From positions 1 to 64,000 of the IMG/VR virus record IMGVR_UViG_3300046385_000126: 64,000 nt of DNA. The stretch is one strand, 5' to 3'. The DNA is from a virus (lineage: Duplodnaviria; Heunggongvirae; Uroviricota; Caudoviricetes). A program made the translations under genes and the position numbers. This document shows, piece after piece, positions 30,296-40,372 of the stretch (position 1 is its first letter; each line of letters opens with the position of its first letter). The notes below the pieces were generated by a model. It worked only from the letters and a program-made list of their open reading frames with translations, had not been told where the DNA came from and ran no database searches.

Positions 30296-31246
30296 ATGGC
30301 ACACATGGTAGAAACAATGGCATATGCAGGTGAAACTCCTTGGCACGGTCTTGGTGTTCACGTTCCGGCAGACTTGTCGCCAGCTCAGATGCTTGAGAAG
30401 GCAGGCCTCGATTGGACGGTAGAGAAGGTTCCTGCATTTGCAGAGATTGGTGGCGTCAAGAAGAACGTTGGATGGTCCGCACTTGTTCGTAGCACCGATC
30501 AGAGCGTCCTGTCTGTCGTATCCAATGATTGGAATGCAGTGCAGAACCATGAAGCGTTTGAGTTCTTCCATGAGTACTGTGCAGCAGGTGATATGGAGAT
30601 GCATACTGCAGGCTCTTTGCGTGACGGGCAAGTTGTGTGGGCGCTTGCTAAGATCAAGGAATCGTTTGAGCTGTTCAAGGGCGACCAGGTCGATTCATAC
30701 TTGCTGTTCACCAACCCTCATAAGTTTGGCCAATCCATCGACGTGCGGTTTACTCCTATCCGCGTTGTGTGCAATAACACACTGACTCTGTCACTCGAGC
30801 AGAAAGCAGACCGTGTGGTCAAGAAAAGCCACCGCACTGCATTCGATCCCGCTCAGGTAAAAGAGCAACTGGGGATTGCAACGGATAAACTTGCCAAGTA
30901 CAAAGAGATGGCAGCATTCCTTGGCAGCAAGCGTTATACAGAAGGATCGCTGTCAGAGTACTTCAACAAGATCTTCCCCGTCCTTGCATATAACAAGGAA
31001 AAGGGCCCTCAGCGCAAACAACTGTCCAAGTCCGCCTCTCGTGCACTCGAAATCATTGACACACAACCTGGTGCTGCATTCGCTCAGGGTTCGTGGTGGC
31101 AAGCATTCAACGCTGTGACGTACCTGACGGATCACGAAATTGGCCGCTCTGCCGATAGCCGTCTGCAGTCTGCATGGTTTGGTGCCAATAAGAACGTCAA
31201 ACTGAAGGCTCTGGAAACTGCAGTTGAATTTGCGGAGGCAGCATGA
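30296..31246 (+). CDS. DUF932-like phage/plasmid protein
   Basis: N-terminal MAHMVETMAYAGETPWHGLG is characteristic of the DUF932 / TIGR03299 family seen on mobile elements. Confidence 0.55.
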   Translation: MAHMVETMAYAGETPWHGLGVHVPADLSPAQMLEKAGLDWTVEKVPAFAEIGGVKKNVGWSALVRSTDQSVLSVVSNDWNAVQNHEAFEFFHEYCAAGDMEMHTAGSLRDGQVVWALAKIKESFELFKGDQVDSYLLFTNPHKFGQSIDVRFTPIRVVCNNTLTLSLEQKADRVVKKSHRTAFDPAQVKEQLGIATDKLAKYKEMAAFLGSKRYTEGSLSEYFNKIFPVLAYNKEKGPQRKQLSKSASRALEIIDTQPGAAFAQGSWWQAFNAVTYLTDHEIGRSADSRLQSAWFGANKNVKLKALETAVEFAEAA

Positions 31247-31479
31247 CATATTACACAGACGAAGGTGTCCACCGGGACGCAGCAGTACGGAAAGCTGTCC
31301 GTAACCCATCAGCTTTCCCTCATCCACACTCGCAACAACAAAGCGGGATGACGCTACGCGATTACTTTGCGGGGCAATGCATGCAGGCTTTGCTTACAAG
31401 GGGCGATGATACTAATCGCCCGGCTATCGCAGAATGGGCATACATGATGGCAGATGCAATGCTTAAGGAGCGAGCATGA
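31243..31479 (+). CDS. hypothetical protein
   Basis: 78 aa, coupled start. Confidence 0.4.
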   Translation: MTYYTDEGVHRDAAVRKAVRNPSAFPHPHSQQQSGMTLRDYFAGQCMQALLTRGDDTNRPAIAEWAYMMADAMLKERA

Positions 31480-31763
31480 CCAAAGACAAAGCCCTTGCAA
31501 AGCCTGTGGCGTGGATAAACGCAAAAGGTGATATGACTTACTTGCATGGCCCGTACAATAACGATGACAGGCCACTCATTTACGGCGACATACCGCTCAC
31601 AGCACCTGTGTCGCTGACCGACCTGGAAAAGGACGCAGCAGCTCTTTTGTTCGCTCTGCATGATGCGTGGCCATATGTCCATCAGTGGTGCACAATTGAG
31701 TCTAAGAGGAAGTCTATTCTGGCGCTGATGCGCAAACACGGAGATTTTGCGGACCTCGCTTAA
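31476..31763 (+). CDS. hypothetical protein
   Basis: 95 aa. Confidence 0.4.
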   Translation: MTKDKALAKPVAWINAKGDMTYLHGPYNNDDRPLIYGDIPLTAPVSLTDLEKDAAALLFALHDAWPYVHQWCTIESKRKSILALMRKHGDFADLA

Positions 31764-31822
31764 AAAAATCGGTGGGCACCGGCTGATTATTACCTATAGA
31801 TATTGATTTTCAGTGTAGTGAC

Positions 31823-32479
31823 ATGAATATTACCAAGTTTCCAGTGCTAATCTTATCAGCCCCAAGGACAGGAAGCACTCCTCTGATGCAGTACATACAA
31901 AAACACTGCAATGAGGACGTGCCTTTCTTCATGGAGCCGACTACAGGCAACTGGCAGCCGGGCGTTTCCCACTGGTCTACTGGCAAAGTAATGGATGAAT
32001 TTATGGCAACTGCCACAACTTCTCATAAATTCATCGTCAAAGACCACATCCATACGTTTTCAAAGCACGATCAACATATACAAAACCTTCTGTTATCAGA
32101 TTCAACGTTTAAAATCCGACTACAACGACGCAATTTTGCCGAACAAGTGGCGAGTCGGTACATCGTGTGGTGTAGGAATGAGTGGCACTACACGGAAAAA
32201 ACTGTTTCTACAGATTACGAACAGCCAATTCCACTGAGTGCTGACATAATTTTACGAATTTGCAGCTTCATACATGCAATAAATGAGCAGCTTCGCGAAA
32301 CAGATATAAATTTTGACCTGGATTTGTACTACGAAGATGTGTTGACATCGTGTGACTTAGACCAGTCAGGGCTTTTGGCGACTCCAAAACCTAAAAACTA
32401 CCAAGAACTACTGGATTTTATCAAATTCCAAATAGAGCACGCCTGGCCGTCTCATAGTACACGTCACCTTCGTTTATAG
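31823..32479 (+). CDS. sulfotransferase-like P-loop protein
   Basis: LILSAPRTGST resembles the 5'-PSB loop. RLQRRNFAEQVAS resembles the 3'-PB motif of PAPS-dependent sulfotransferases. Confidence 0.45.
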   Translation: MNITKFPVLILSAPRTGSTPLMQYIQKHCNEDVPFFMEPTTGNWQPGVSHWSTGKVMDEFMATATTSHKFIVKDHIHTFSKHDQHIQNLLLSDSTFKIRLQRRNFAEQVASRYIVWCRNEWHYTEKTVSTDYEQPIPLSADIILRICSFIHAINEQLRETDINFDLDLYYEDVLTSCDLDQSGLLATPKPKNYQELLDFIKFQIEHAWPSHSTRHLRL

Positions 32480-33032
32480 TTCTGAGTGAAAGTAGCTTGC
32501 GATTGCTATCACTCATCCTATTATCGAAGTCATGGTAGATGTCGACGTTGATTAGTATGCACTCACCCTGCTTAAATGTAGCTGTTTTGGCGGGAGTAAA
32601 CTTATCTGGGTCGAAACCTTTCAGTTCTCGTGTGAACGGACCGTCGTTAAACACCTCATACCCCTGGCTGACCGACTCATCATACCAGTTGGTCTTGCAT
32701 TTATCGTCATTTACTTCTAGGTAATAGTTAATACCGAACCTATTACACAGTCCATCTTTGTGTGCAACGTAGTAACTATTCGGTTTAGCGCTCAACATCC
32801 CCGTATGGCGTGTTTTTGTTTTTACTAAGCTGAACGGACTCAGTGTATGGATAAGGTATTCATCGGCAAGAGGCAGTCTTATATGGCCAACCTTCTTTGC
32901 TGATGCCTCTTCATCAAAGAACTGTTTGTTGGCCTGAGCAATGCGCTGGCCAATCTCTATGATGTCTTCCATATTTTCATGAACAATCCTCATGTAGTAA
33001 GGACTGCAGTCTTCGATGATTTCAATTTTCAT
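32421..33032 (-). CDS. hypothetical protein
   Basis: 203 aa. Its start overlaps the radical-SAM gene stop. First gene of the minus-strand accessory operon as read downstream. Confidence 0.45.
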   Translation of the reverse strand: MKIEIIEDCSPYYMRIVHENMEDIIEIGQRIAQANKQFFDEEASAKKVGHIRLPLADEYLIHTLSPFSLVKTKTRHTGMLSAKPNSYYVAHKDGLCNRFGINYYLEVNDDKCKTNWYDESVSQGYEVFNDGPFTRELKGFDPDKFTPAKTATFKQGECILINVDIYHDFDNRMSDSNRKLLSLRTINEGDVYYETARRALFGI

Positions 33033-34473
33033 TGTAGGATCTGTCTAGTAGAATATCGCGGTAGTTGTTTACAGTATCGAGCACTCTAAGTGATAACATA
33101 TCGCTTTCTGGCATTCGTCTATCATCAGCTAAACGTATGCCTAGATTCTTGATAATTGTTGTAGCAAAACCACCCACTCGGTTTCTTTTTGTTGTTTGGC
33201 ATTTGGTTGCTATATCACTACTGAACGATGCTGCCCATTTTCTGTCAAAATTTCCATTGTGCCACACGCCGTCATCCATTGTGTAGTATTTTTGCCAGTT
33301 AAGGTCAAACTCACTTTTGAATGTTTTTTTATCTGATATGTCTATGGTTAGTGGAGATATGGCAAAGCTGTCCAATGGATAATCAGGTGATAACAACCGT
33401 TCAGACCATCCAGCAATAGTGTCTGTGGTTTCATATGGCAATCCAGCAATAAAACTTCCCTCGGTCGAGCATTGAGGCATTAGAGTTTTAAACCTGTGTA
33501 ATTCGTCCTCGATCTTCTCAGGTCGCAATCCTTTGCCTACAGCCTTACTGCTTTCGTAGTTCAGAGATTCGATTCCGAAGAGCGCACCAACCAAACCAGC
33601 ATCCTTTAACATGGTATACTGTTCTGGATGTGCTCTTAGCAGCTCCAACCTAATGTATGCTGTGTACTCAAAGTTGAATGGCAGACTTTGCTTAACATCA
33701 GCCAGCATTGCTAACTTTACTGAGGTGTCGTTGTGTGTATCATCCGCAATAATGTAACTTGTAGTACCACGTTCGTAGTAATTTTTGATTAATTCATTGT
33801 AGATGGTCTGTTTATGCTTTACGTAATCGTTTTTCTTTTTCCCATTCAGCGGATAATTGCAAAACGAGCATTTGAAAATACATCCTCTTGCAATTTCGAG
33901 AACTAGACTTTCCCCATGTCTAATGTTATCATGTGCAATGTATTCGATTGCGCTTGAATTGAAATCAAACGAGGAGTTATGTGTATTGCCATCCAATACC
34001 ATTTTGTTATTGGCGTTTGTTGAATATGTGAAGAATGGATTCTTGCCATCCAACCATTTTAAATACTCAACGATAGATCTATCAGCATATCCAGTGGCCA
34101 GCACGTCAACAAGGTTATGAGATAAGGCTAGTACGTTTGCACCGCCTGCAACGATCTTTGTACTGCTGTTAATCTTTTTTATGTGTTTGAATACTATGTC
34201 CACTCTTCTCAAGTACACATTCGTGTCTGCATCACGGTATGGGTTCAGCCCATGTGTAAAGGTCGTGCTTATACCTACAACCTTTGTAGACTTTCCTACA
34301 CTTGCTGTAATAGCAGAAAGCAAATCATTAATTGGTAGTTGTGAAAAGAAGTCAACTATTTGACAGCTATAGTTGGCTGATCTGATTTCTGTTGCAAGAC
34401 GGTATGCACCAGCGGTCCTCATTCCAAATGAGGCTTCAGACAGGATCACGACGTCTGCGTTAGACTGTATCAT
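33022..34473 (-). CDS. radical SAM enzyme with an N-terminal B12-binding-like domain
   Basis: IARGCIFKCSFCNY gives the CxxxCxxC cluster motif. The first ~130 aa are Rossmann-like, as in class B radical SAM enzymes. Confidence 0.65.
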   Translation of the reverse strand: MIQSNADVVILSEASFGMRTAGAYRLATEIRSANYSCQIVDFFSQLPINDLLSAITASVGKSTKVVGISTTFTHGLNPYRDADTNVYLRRVDIVFKHIKKINSSTKIVAGGANVLALSHNLVDVLATGYADRSIVEYLKWLDGKNPFFTYSTNANNKMVLDGNTHNSSFDFNSSAIEYIAHDNIRHGESLVLEIARGCIFKCSFCNYPLNGKKKNDYVKHKQTIYNELIKNYYERGTTSYIIADDTHNDTSVKLAMLADVKQSLPFNFEYTAYIRLELLRAHPEQYTMLKDAGLVGALFGIESLNYESSKAVGKGLRPEKIEDELHRFKTLMPQCSTEGSFIAGLPYETTDTIAGWSERLLSPDYPLDSFAISPLTIDISDKKTFKSEFDLNWQKYYTMDDGVWHNGNFDRKWAASFSSDIATKCQTTKRNRVGGFATTIIKNLGIRLADDRRMPESDMLSLRVLDTVNNYRDILLDRSYNEN

Positions 34474-34511
34474 TATAATTCATACTGTGCCGGTGTTCCA
34501 GCACAGGGTAC

Positions 34512-34811
34512 TTACGCTTCTATGATAGTTTCGGTAATGTTTTTAGTAATACCACGCTCAGTAAGAAGGGGATCCTGGGCGCTCAACAGCGCGATTGTGA
34601 TTGGGCTGTCAGCCACTACCTGCCAATCAGCTTTGGTTTCCCAATCAACATTGTTGGTAATCTCAGTATCTGTGTTGACTAAGTTGAATTTGCCAATAAA
34701 ACCGCTCGCAGTAGCAATTAAATCGTTATAGTCATCAATCTGGCTCAGCCCTTCCCATGGCCATGCCACATCTGTGCTTGGTCTAATCCATTGAATTGTG
34801 CGTCTGTACAT
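34512..34811 (-). CDS. hypothetical protein
   Basis: 99 aa. Confidence 0.35.
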   Translation of the reverse strand: MYRRTIQWIRPSTDVAWPWEGLSQIDDYNDLIATASGFIGKFNLVNTDTEITNNVDWETKADWQVVADSPITIALLSAQDPLLTERGITKNITETIIEA

Positions 34812-34841
34812 AGTTGCCTCGTTTGTAAATATTGTAGCTAT

Positions 34842-35489
34842 TTATCTATTAATGAAAAACCCCGGAGTCAAGGGATCATCAACCTTTACTTGAACAGCTA
34901 ATCTACCTCGTCGGTCTCCCTGAATATTATGTACGCTATGCAACACAGTAGCTTTCATTAAATACCACGTACGGGGTTTAAAACAAGCCTCACCTAAAAA
35001 CTCACAATTGTCCCAATCGTTCAAGAACGTACTTCTGCTTCGCTCGATAGGCATTCCACGTTCTCTCCAGAATTTTGTATACTGATCTGGGTTGCTTGCT
35101 TCCAAAATGTAGATTAAAACAAAATCTCTACTCATATCCGTGTGAATAGGAGCAGTTGTACCGTCACCTTCTTTGTTCTGATATGCGACATTGACGTAAG
35201 ACCCATCATGAACCTTACATACATTCTCTGATACCCACGTATCAAACTGATCACTTAGTTTAAACTTAATATTTGGTCGACCTCTGACTATCTTACCGTC
35301 GAGATCTTTGATTTCCCTGAACCAAATACTAGGACTCAGCTCTTTATACAGCTCTCCCGTCTGTGGGACCGCGTTGTTTTCATCCAAAGCAATTGCCATA
35401 GCCTCGTCGATGAGCGATTGTGGTAGGTTTGGTACGTTCGAAAGCTCTTCAAATAAAAACACTTCTTCTGTGTCGTCTTTATAATACAT
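34842..35489 (-). CDS. hypothetical protein
   Basis: 215 aa, no recognisable motif. Sits in the accessory operon. Confidence 0.45.
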   Translation of the reverse strand: MYYKDDTEEVFLFEELSNVPNLPQSLIDEAMAIALDENNAVPQTGELYKELSPSIWFREIKDLDGKIVRGRPNIKFKLSDQFDTWVSENVCKVHDGSYVNVAYQNKEGDGTTAPIHTDMSRDFVLIYILEASNPDQYTKFWRERGMPIERSRSTFLNDWDNCEFLGEACFKPRTWYLMKATVLHSVHNIQGDRRGRLAVQVKVDDPLTPGFFINR

Positions 35490-35496
35490 ATTTTTC

Positions 35497-36687
35497 CTAT
35501 ACGTTGAGCGTAAACAATTTTGTAGTTATCATCTGAAGACCTACCATTCTACCATTAGCATCTACAGTTTTGAATTGAGGGCTAATACCGTCAGACAGAT
35601 CGTTGAGTTTATATATTAGTTTATTGTTTATGTGTTTAAACTCGTCTGATGTATACAGATAGTGAAACCACGGATGGTATATTTTGTTAAAGTTGTCTGG
35701 TTTCGCTACTTGGAACGTATTCTGGTCCCAGTTTGGATAACAGACTGAATTAACCACTTTATCAAACTCAAAAAACATTTCGAGCTTTTTATTATGAGTC
35801 GCAGTCTTCCTTACGTTTAGATCGATCAACCTTTTTAGATGAGGATTGCGTCTTACATAGAATGCAACAGCATGTGCTCTTGCAAGCGTTAGATCAGGAT
35901 AATCAGCAGAGTAGTAAAAGTTTACCCTAGAATCTACTTCTAGTTTATTATGGGAGTGTTGGTTGCCAGCAGCCATAATAGTTAGATCAGGGAAGCAAGT
36001 AGCGAACTTATCTGTGTTTGGATCGTATGTTAGGATCGGCTTGTCGATACCAAAAATATTAGCTACCCGTTTTCCCTTATTTCCATTAGCAATAGCGTTT
36101 TCCGATACGACCTCGCTAAACCCAAAGTTAGCCATTCCAAAGTTATGGTTCTGCTTATACAGCAGATCTTCGGTGATGTTAACTTGCTTTACAGTATCAA
36201 TCCAATCATCAATAACAATCTTTATCTCAGGATGATGTTCTCTTACCCAGTCGAGTTTAGGCTTAATGGAAAAATCCCATTCACTCAACATATTGGTGGC
36301 ACGTCTGTCGTTAATATCTGGTACATACTTGTTAGCATCTACCAAACGTTTGGGCCATCTCACGTAGATTTCATCTAGCTTGATATTGTTCTTTATGAAG
36401 GTTTCGAGAATTGTTGTGCTGTCAACACCACCACTAAAGTTGAGTATCAAGTAATCGTATGTTTCTCGTATCTGCCAAGCCCGAGTCTTGTACATATCTT
36501 CCAAGACGGTGCTCGGATTGTGCTTATACATCTTTAACGATGCATCCCATACCTCATCATAGTAATGGTATGTGACATTAGTCCTGCCCGCTGATGATGC
36601 ATACAACAGCGCTTGCATCTTGCTAGTGAATACCTTAGCTCCACTAGCTGTGTGTGCTTTGTAATAACCCAGCGAGCTGTTTATCAT
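35497..36687 (-). CDS. PP-loop ATP pyrophosphatase family protein (adenine-nucleotide alpha-hydrolase fold)
   Basis: LNFSGGVDSTTILE is an SGGxDS PP-loop motif. Confidence 0.55.
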   Translation of the reverse strand: MINSSLGYYKAHTASGAKVFTSKMQALLYASSAGRTNVTYHYYDEVWDASLKMYKHNPSTVLEDMYKTRAWQIRETYDYLILNFSGGVDSTTILETFIKNNIKLDEIYVRWPKRLVDANKYVPDINDRRATNMLSEWDFSIKPKLDWVREHHPEIKIVIDDWIDTVKQVNITEDLLYKQNHNFGMANFGFSEVVSENAIANGNKGKRVANIFGIDKPILTYDPNTDKFATCFPDLTIMAAGNQHSHNKLEVDSRVNFYYSADYPDLTLARAHAVAFYVRRNPHLKRLIDLNVRKTATHNKKLEMFFEFDKVVNSVCYPNWDQNTFQVAKPDNFNKIYHPWFHYLYTSDEFKHINNKLIYKLNDLSDGISPQFKTVDANGRMVGLQMITTKLFTLNV

Positions 36688-37562
36688 TTCAGCAACCGCT
36701 TGATAATATCTTTTTCTGTTTTCAGTGCGTTAGGTTTTTTAGTGTCAATGCACGACTCATAACCCATGCCAGTAAAGATCTGTGCCATCTGTTCTTCATT
36801 GAGCTTTTTGTCGATGTATGTCTTTAACTTGGTCGATAATGCCGTATTACCTACAAATAGTTGGCGACTTTTGAACCCATGAATATCAACCCCGACATCT
36901 TTGAACGTAGGGACATCAGGATACTTTTTAAGAGGTTGTGACGCTGCTAGGATTCTAAACTTACCTGAGTCGATGAGAGGTGAAACCAGTGTAACACTAT
37001 CCAAATACCACACGATTGTATCGGCAAGAAGAGCATTCATAACATCAGCAGCACCCTTGAATGGAATCTCGATTTGGTTCTTATCACCTCCTGCGATTAG
37101 TGGCGACACCATACTCTGCACCGTACCAGTTCCTGATGTGCCGTATGGGATTGTTCTGGTTGCTGATGCTGAGCGAATATCTTGAAATCGTTTGATCGGG
37201 CTATCTGCTTTCACAATAACAACACTTGGATCGGTAATTAGACACGACAAGAAAATGAAGTCGTTTTCGATATCGTATTTTGCATTGCCAAGTAGTGTAT
37301 TAGTGACGAGTGCTTGACCACTTACCAGTAGCGTCGGTTCACTCTTTTCATTTGCTACAAGAGTTGCTCCAAGAGCTCCGCCAGCTCCTGGTTTGTTCTC
37401 AACCACAAAAGTGTATTCATCGTTGGTTAGATGAGTCTGCAATTGACGTGCTAATTTGTCTGATGTTCCCCCTGCTGTGTATGGAACGACTATCTTAATG
37501 GTTTCTTTTGCGTATGTGGTAAAGCTAGCAGCTAAGAGTAGAATGGTAATTAGTTTTTTCAT
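36684..37562 (-). CDS. periplasmic substrate-binding protein, TctC/Bug-like
   Basis: Signal peptide MKKLITILLLAASFTTYA. IVVPYTAGGTSD...KPGAGGALG resembles tripartite tricarboxylate transporter binding proteins. Confidence 0.5.
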   Translation of the reverse strand: MKKLITILLLAASFTTYAKETIKIVVPYTAGGTSDKLARQLQTHLTNDEYTFVVENKPGAGGALGATLVANEKSEPTLLVSGQALVTNTLLGNAKYDIENDFIFLSCLITDPSVVIVKADSPIKRFQDIRSASATRTIPYGTSGTGTVQSMVSPLIAGGDKNQIEIPFKGAADVMNALLADTIVWYLDSVTLVSPLIDSGKFRILAASQPLKKYPDVPTFKDVGVDIHGFKSRQLFVGNTALSTKLKTYIDKKLNEEQMAQIFTGMGYESCIDTKKPNALKTEKDIIKRLLK

Positions 37563-37564
37563 GA

Positions 37565-38431
37565 TTAAGGTTTATCAGTTCGAATAAGTTGTATGAACCA
37601 GAAGGTTGGATCGATCTCCCACCACCTACGCCCTCCATAATTTGGATTGCGGCCTTCACCGTGATGGTTGTTATGCCACGCCTCTCCTAGTATTAAAGGA
37701 AAGAGCCACGGCGAATTTATACTATCATCTTTAACTGCATAATTGCGATACCCCATCTGCGGTATATGAGTAACACTTGTTTGCAATAAAAACAAATGCA
37801 AAGTGATTACGGAAGGCAGCAGCAGTAAAAACACCCACAACTGTACACTAACCATTGCCAAAAGTAAATGGGTGATCCATATGATGTATATGTAATATTT
37901 GTGTGCAAACAGCATATCTGGATCTCGTTGCAGATCGATTGTCGATCTAACACTAATGTTTACGTGTTTAAACATCCACGCCATGTAGCTGTGCCAAAAT
38001 CCATCTCTTGGGCTGTGCAAATCTTTTGGAGTATCGGCATGGCGATGGTGATACCCTCGATGTATGGAGCACCATGCAATAGGACTTCCTTGTCCTGCTA
38101 AGACGCCAAAATACAGAGTAATCAGTTTAATATGTCTGCTTACTTTATACCCTCTGTGACAAAATAATCTGTGGTAACCAGCAGCAATACCAATCATCTT
38201 TAGGCAGACATAGCCTATAAGTAATGCAACCCACCACCAAGCGGGAATAGACACCGTAAACAGCGCTATAACAGCGATAACATGGAAAGGCACTATCACC
38301 CCCCATAGTTGAGGTAACTTACGTGTATTTCTGAGTATTTGAGTTACCGATGTTTCCACTGCTTTAAAATGTCTTGATTGCCGTTGTAGATGATGTATTG
38401 CCAGCATGCGTCTTGTTGTTCGCATGGACAT
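37565..38431 (-). CDS. membrane fatty-acid-desaturase / hydroxylase-like di-iron protein
   Basis: Three His boxes (HRLFCH, HHRHADTP, HNNHH) plus multiple TM helices. Confidence 0.55.
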   Translation of the reverse strand: MSMRTTRRMLAIHHLQRQSRHFKAVETSVTQILRNTRKLPQLWGVIVPFHVIAVIALFTVSIPAWWWVALLIGYVCLKMIGIAAGYHRLFCHRGYKVSRHIKLITLYFGVLAGQGSPIAWCSIHRGYHHRHADTPKDLHSPRDGFWHSYMAWMFKHVNISVRSTIDLQRDPDMLFAHKYYIYIIWITHLLLAMVSVQLWVFLLLLPSVITLHLFLLQTSVTHIPQMGYRNYAVKDDSINSPWLFPLILGEAWHNNHHGEGRNPNYGGRRWWEIDPTFWFIQLIRTDKP

Positions 38432-38895
38432 GTCAAATACTTATATGGGTCTTTGGTAAAGTGAATGTTGTGATCATTTTTAAATGAATCGATCATCCAA
38501 TCCTGCCAGTTGCTTGTTTCGCGGCTTATGAAATATAACTCGAAGTCGGTATGTTGCTTGAGCCAGTCTATCTGACTTGCACCAGCTGCACCTACGCCCA
38601 GCGTCACTCGCCGTAAATATTCTTTACGGTCATTGGGCTTCCACAATCTATTGTATATTCGATATGTGTCATCGGGCCAGCAGCTTCGTGCAGATATACT
38701 TGAACAAACAATAGGTTGGTTATCACAATCAAATACGATTGTGCACGCTACACAATCATCCATCATTCTCTTGTTATAGTTTTTCCAAAGTCTGTGTGTT
38801 TTATCCTGGTGCTGCTTTTCGCGAAGACTGTCAAAAAGGGTATCCATTGCTGGATTGGACCCTGGAGTCCATGTTATCGATGTCACTGTTTGCAT
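38344..38895 (-). CDS. hypothetical Cys-rich protein
   Basis: 183 aa. Its 3' end overlaps the desaturase-like gene start. Confidence 0.4.
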   Translation of the reverse strand: MQTVTSITWTPGSNPAMDTLFDSLREKQHQDKTHRLWKNYNKRMMDDCVACTIVFDCDNQPIVCSSISARSCWPDDTYRIYNRLWKPNDRKEYLRRVTLGVGAAGASQIDWLKQHTDFELYFISRETSNWQDWMIDSFKNDHNIHFTKDPYKYLTCPCEQQDACWQYIIYNGNQDILKQWKHR

Positions 38896-39764
38896 AGGTT
38901 ATATTTTTTCATGAAGGCAAAAAAATCTATATCGTAACTACCATTCCATCTTTTGCCCTGCTTATGTAATTCTTGAAAGTAGGGGTGTTTGAAGATAGGT
39001 GATTGCTCGATCTGCTCATAACCATGATACTTTGGTCGCGCAATAAGATTGAAACCACTATGTCTGTTGTATATCTCTACTTTGCTAGAGTTTGAACCTT
39101 GTTTGTGGGGGCGTCTATTACTCGCCAATTCAAACATTACTGGATCTGTAAGCATTGCAGACATCATTTCAGGTCTGTATGTGTTGAAATGTGTAGTACC
39201 GTCTATTCCCTTTTTTTCAAAATATCGATACACAGCAAATTCGTGCTCATCCAGATGTATTACCCATGACAGCGATTGTTGGTCTGGCTTTATGTACATC
39301 TCACCGTCACCACATATGACAGTGCCATCGAGCTTTTCAGCAACAAATGCTGTCAACGCCCGATGATATATTTCAGACTTACATATTTGAGCAACTTCGA
39401 GCATCTTACCACTAGAGACGAAGTGGTCGAAGTCAATGTTAATTACTAAAGGTGTTAGATTTTTTGATCTACAGAAATCAAAAGCATATTTGGTATCGTA
39501 GGTATTATATCCCTGTATCATATTGATAATGACAGGAACTATCGGTATACCAGCGCTGAGAAAAACACTCAATGTGTTTTCACTATCTAAACCACCACTA
39601 TACAATAAGTGGAGCTTGCCGACCTTTAGAGAATTAATTTCCTCTGCAGCCAGCAAGCTCTCTTTGTAATAGTTTTGAAACGTAGTGGGAAGAGGGTTAA
39701 TATGGACAGTAAAATTAGAACCATGACCGCGTGGTTCATAGTAATTGCTCTTTACAAAATCCAT
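38883..39764 (-). CDS. PP-loop ATP pyrophosphatase family protein
   Basis: LLYSGGLDSENTL is an SGGxDS PP-loop. Confidence 0.55.
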   Translation of the reverse strand: MDFVKSNYYEPRGHGSNFTVHINPLPTTFQNYYKESLLAAEEINSLKVGKLHLLYSGGLDSENTLSVFLSAGIPIVPVIINMIQGYNTYDTKYAFDFCRSKNLTPLVINIDFDHFVSSGKMLEVAQICKSEIYHRALTAFVAEKLDGTVICGDGEMYIKPDQQSLSWVIHLDEHEFAVYRYFEKKGIDGTTHFNTYRPEMMSAMLTDPVMFELASNRRPHKQGSNSSKVEIYNRHSGFNLIARPKYHGYEQIEQSPIFKHPYFQELHKQGKRWNGSYDIDFFAFMKKYNLCKQ

Positions 39765-39777
39765 ATTCCCTCTTTTA

Positions 39778-40260
39778 TTATGCAGCTAATACTTCCTTCA
39801 AACGATCAGCAGCGTATGATGCAGCAAACGCTCTTGGTTTAACCATTGGGATAACGTTACACGTTCCCTTGATGTATCCAATTGCTTGCTGTACAACACA
39901 GCTTGAACCATACATTTCGTTTGGGTTAATATCTAGGTGAACTTCAACTTCCCGATCTTCCAATACATCTTTCAACTTTTGGAACAAATCAGAAACCTTA
40001 TACACTTCGTTCATCAACCGCATTGAAGGCTTGCTCTTCTTTTGATCGTAGTCAAGTTCGGTTTGCACTTCACCGAAAATCTTACAACCATGACATCCAT
40101 CGATGTGTACAACAACGGCGAGAGTATAGTCAGCATACCATTGGCCATTCAGTTTAAAGCGTACTGAATCAGCGCCAATGTAAATCTTTGTAGATGGTCC
40201 TTGTGCCTCAATGAATTCTTTAACTTCATTGATATCTAACTTTTTCATCATACTCTCCAA
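39778..40260 (-). CDS. hypothetical protein
   Basis: 160 aa. Directly downstream of tRNA-Gly on the minus strand. Confidence 0.45.
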   Translation of the reverse strand: MESMMKKLDINEVKEFIEAQGPSTKIYIGADSVRFKLNGQWYADYTLAVVVHIDGCHGCKIFGEVQTELDYDQKKSKPSMRLMNEVYKVSDLFQKLKDVLEDREVEVHLDINPNEMYGSSCVVQQAIGYIKGTCNVIPMVKPRAFAASYAADRLKEVLAA

Positions 40261-40266
40261 AATATT

Positions 40267-40340
40267 TGGTGCGGGGTAAGGGAATCGAACCCTTAACTAA
40301 ACGTTGGCAACGTCTGATTTTACCGTTAAACTAACCACGC
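40267..40340 (-). tRNA. tRNA-Gly(GCC)
   Basis: Cloverleaf with T-loop GGTTCGATTCC, anticodon loop TTGCCAA and encoded CCA. One acceptor mismatch. Sits immediately 3' of the TROVE/vWA gene. Confidence 0.6.
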
Positions 40341-40372
40341 ATGATGGCAGGGGATACGTCCCCTGCCTTTAC

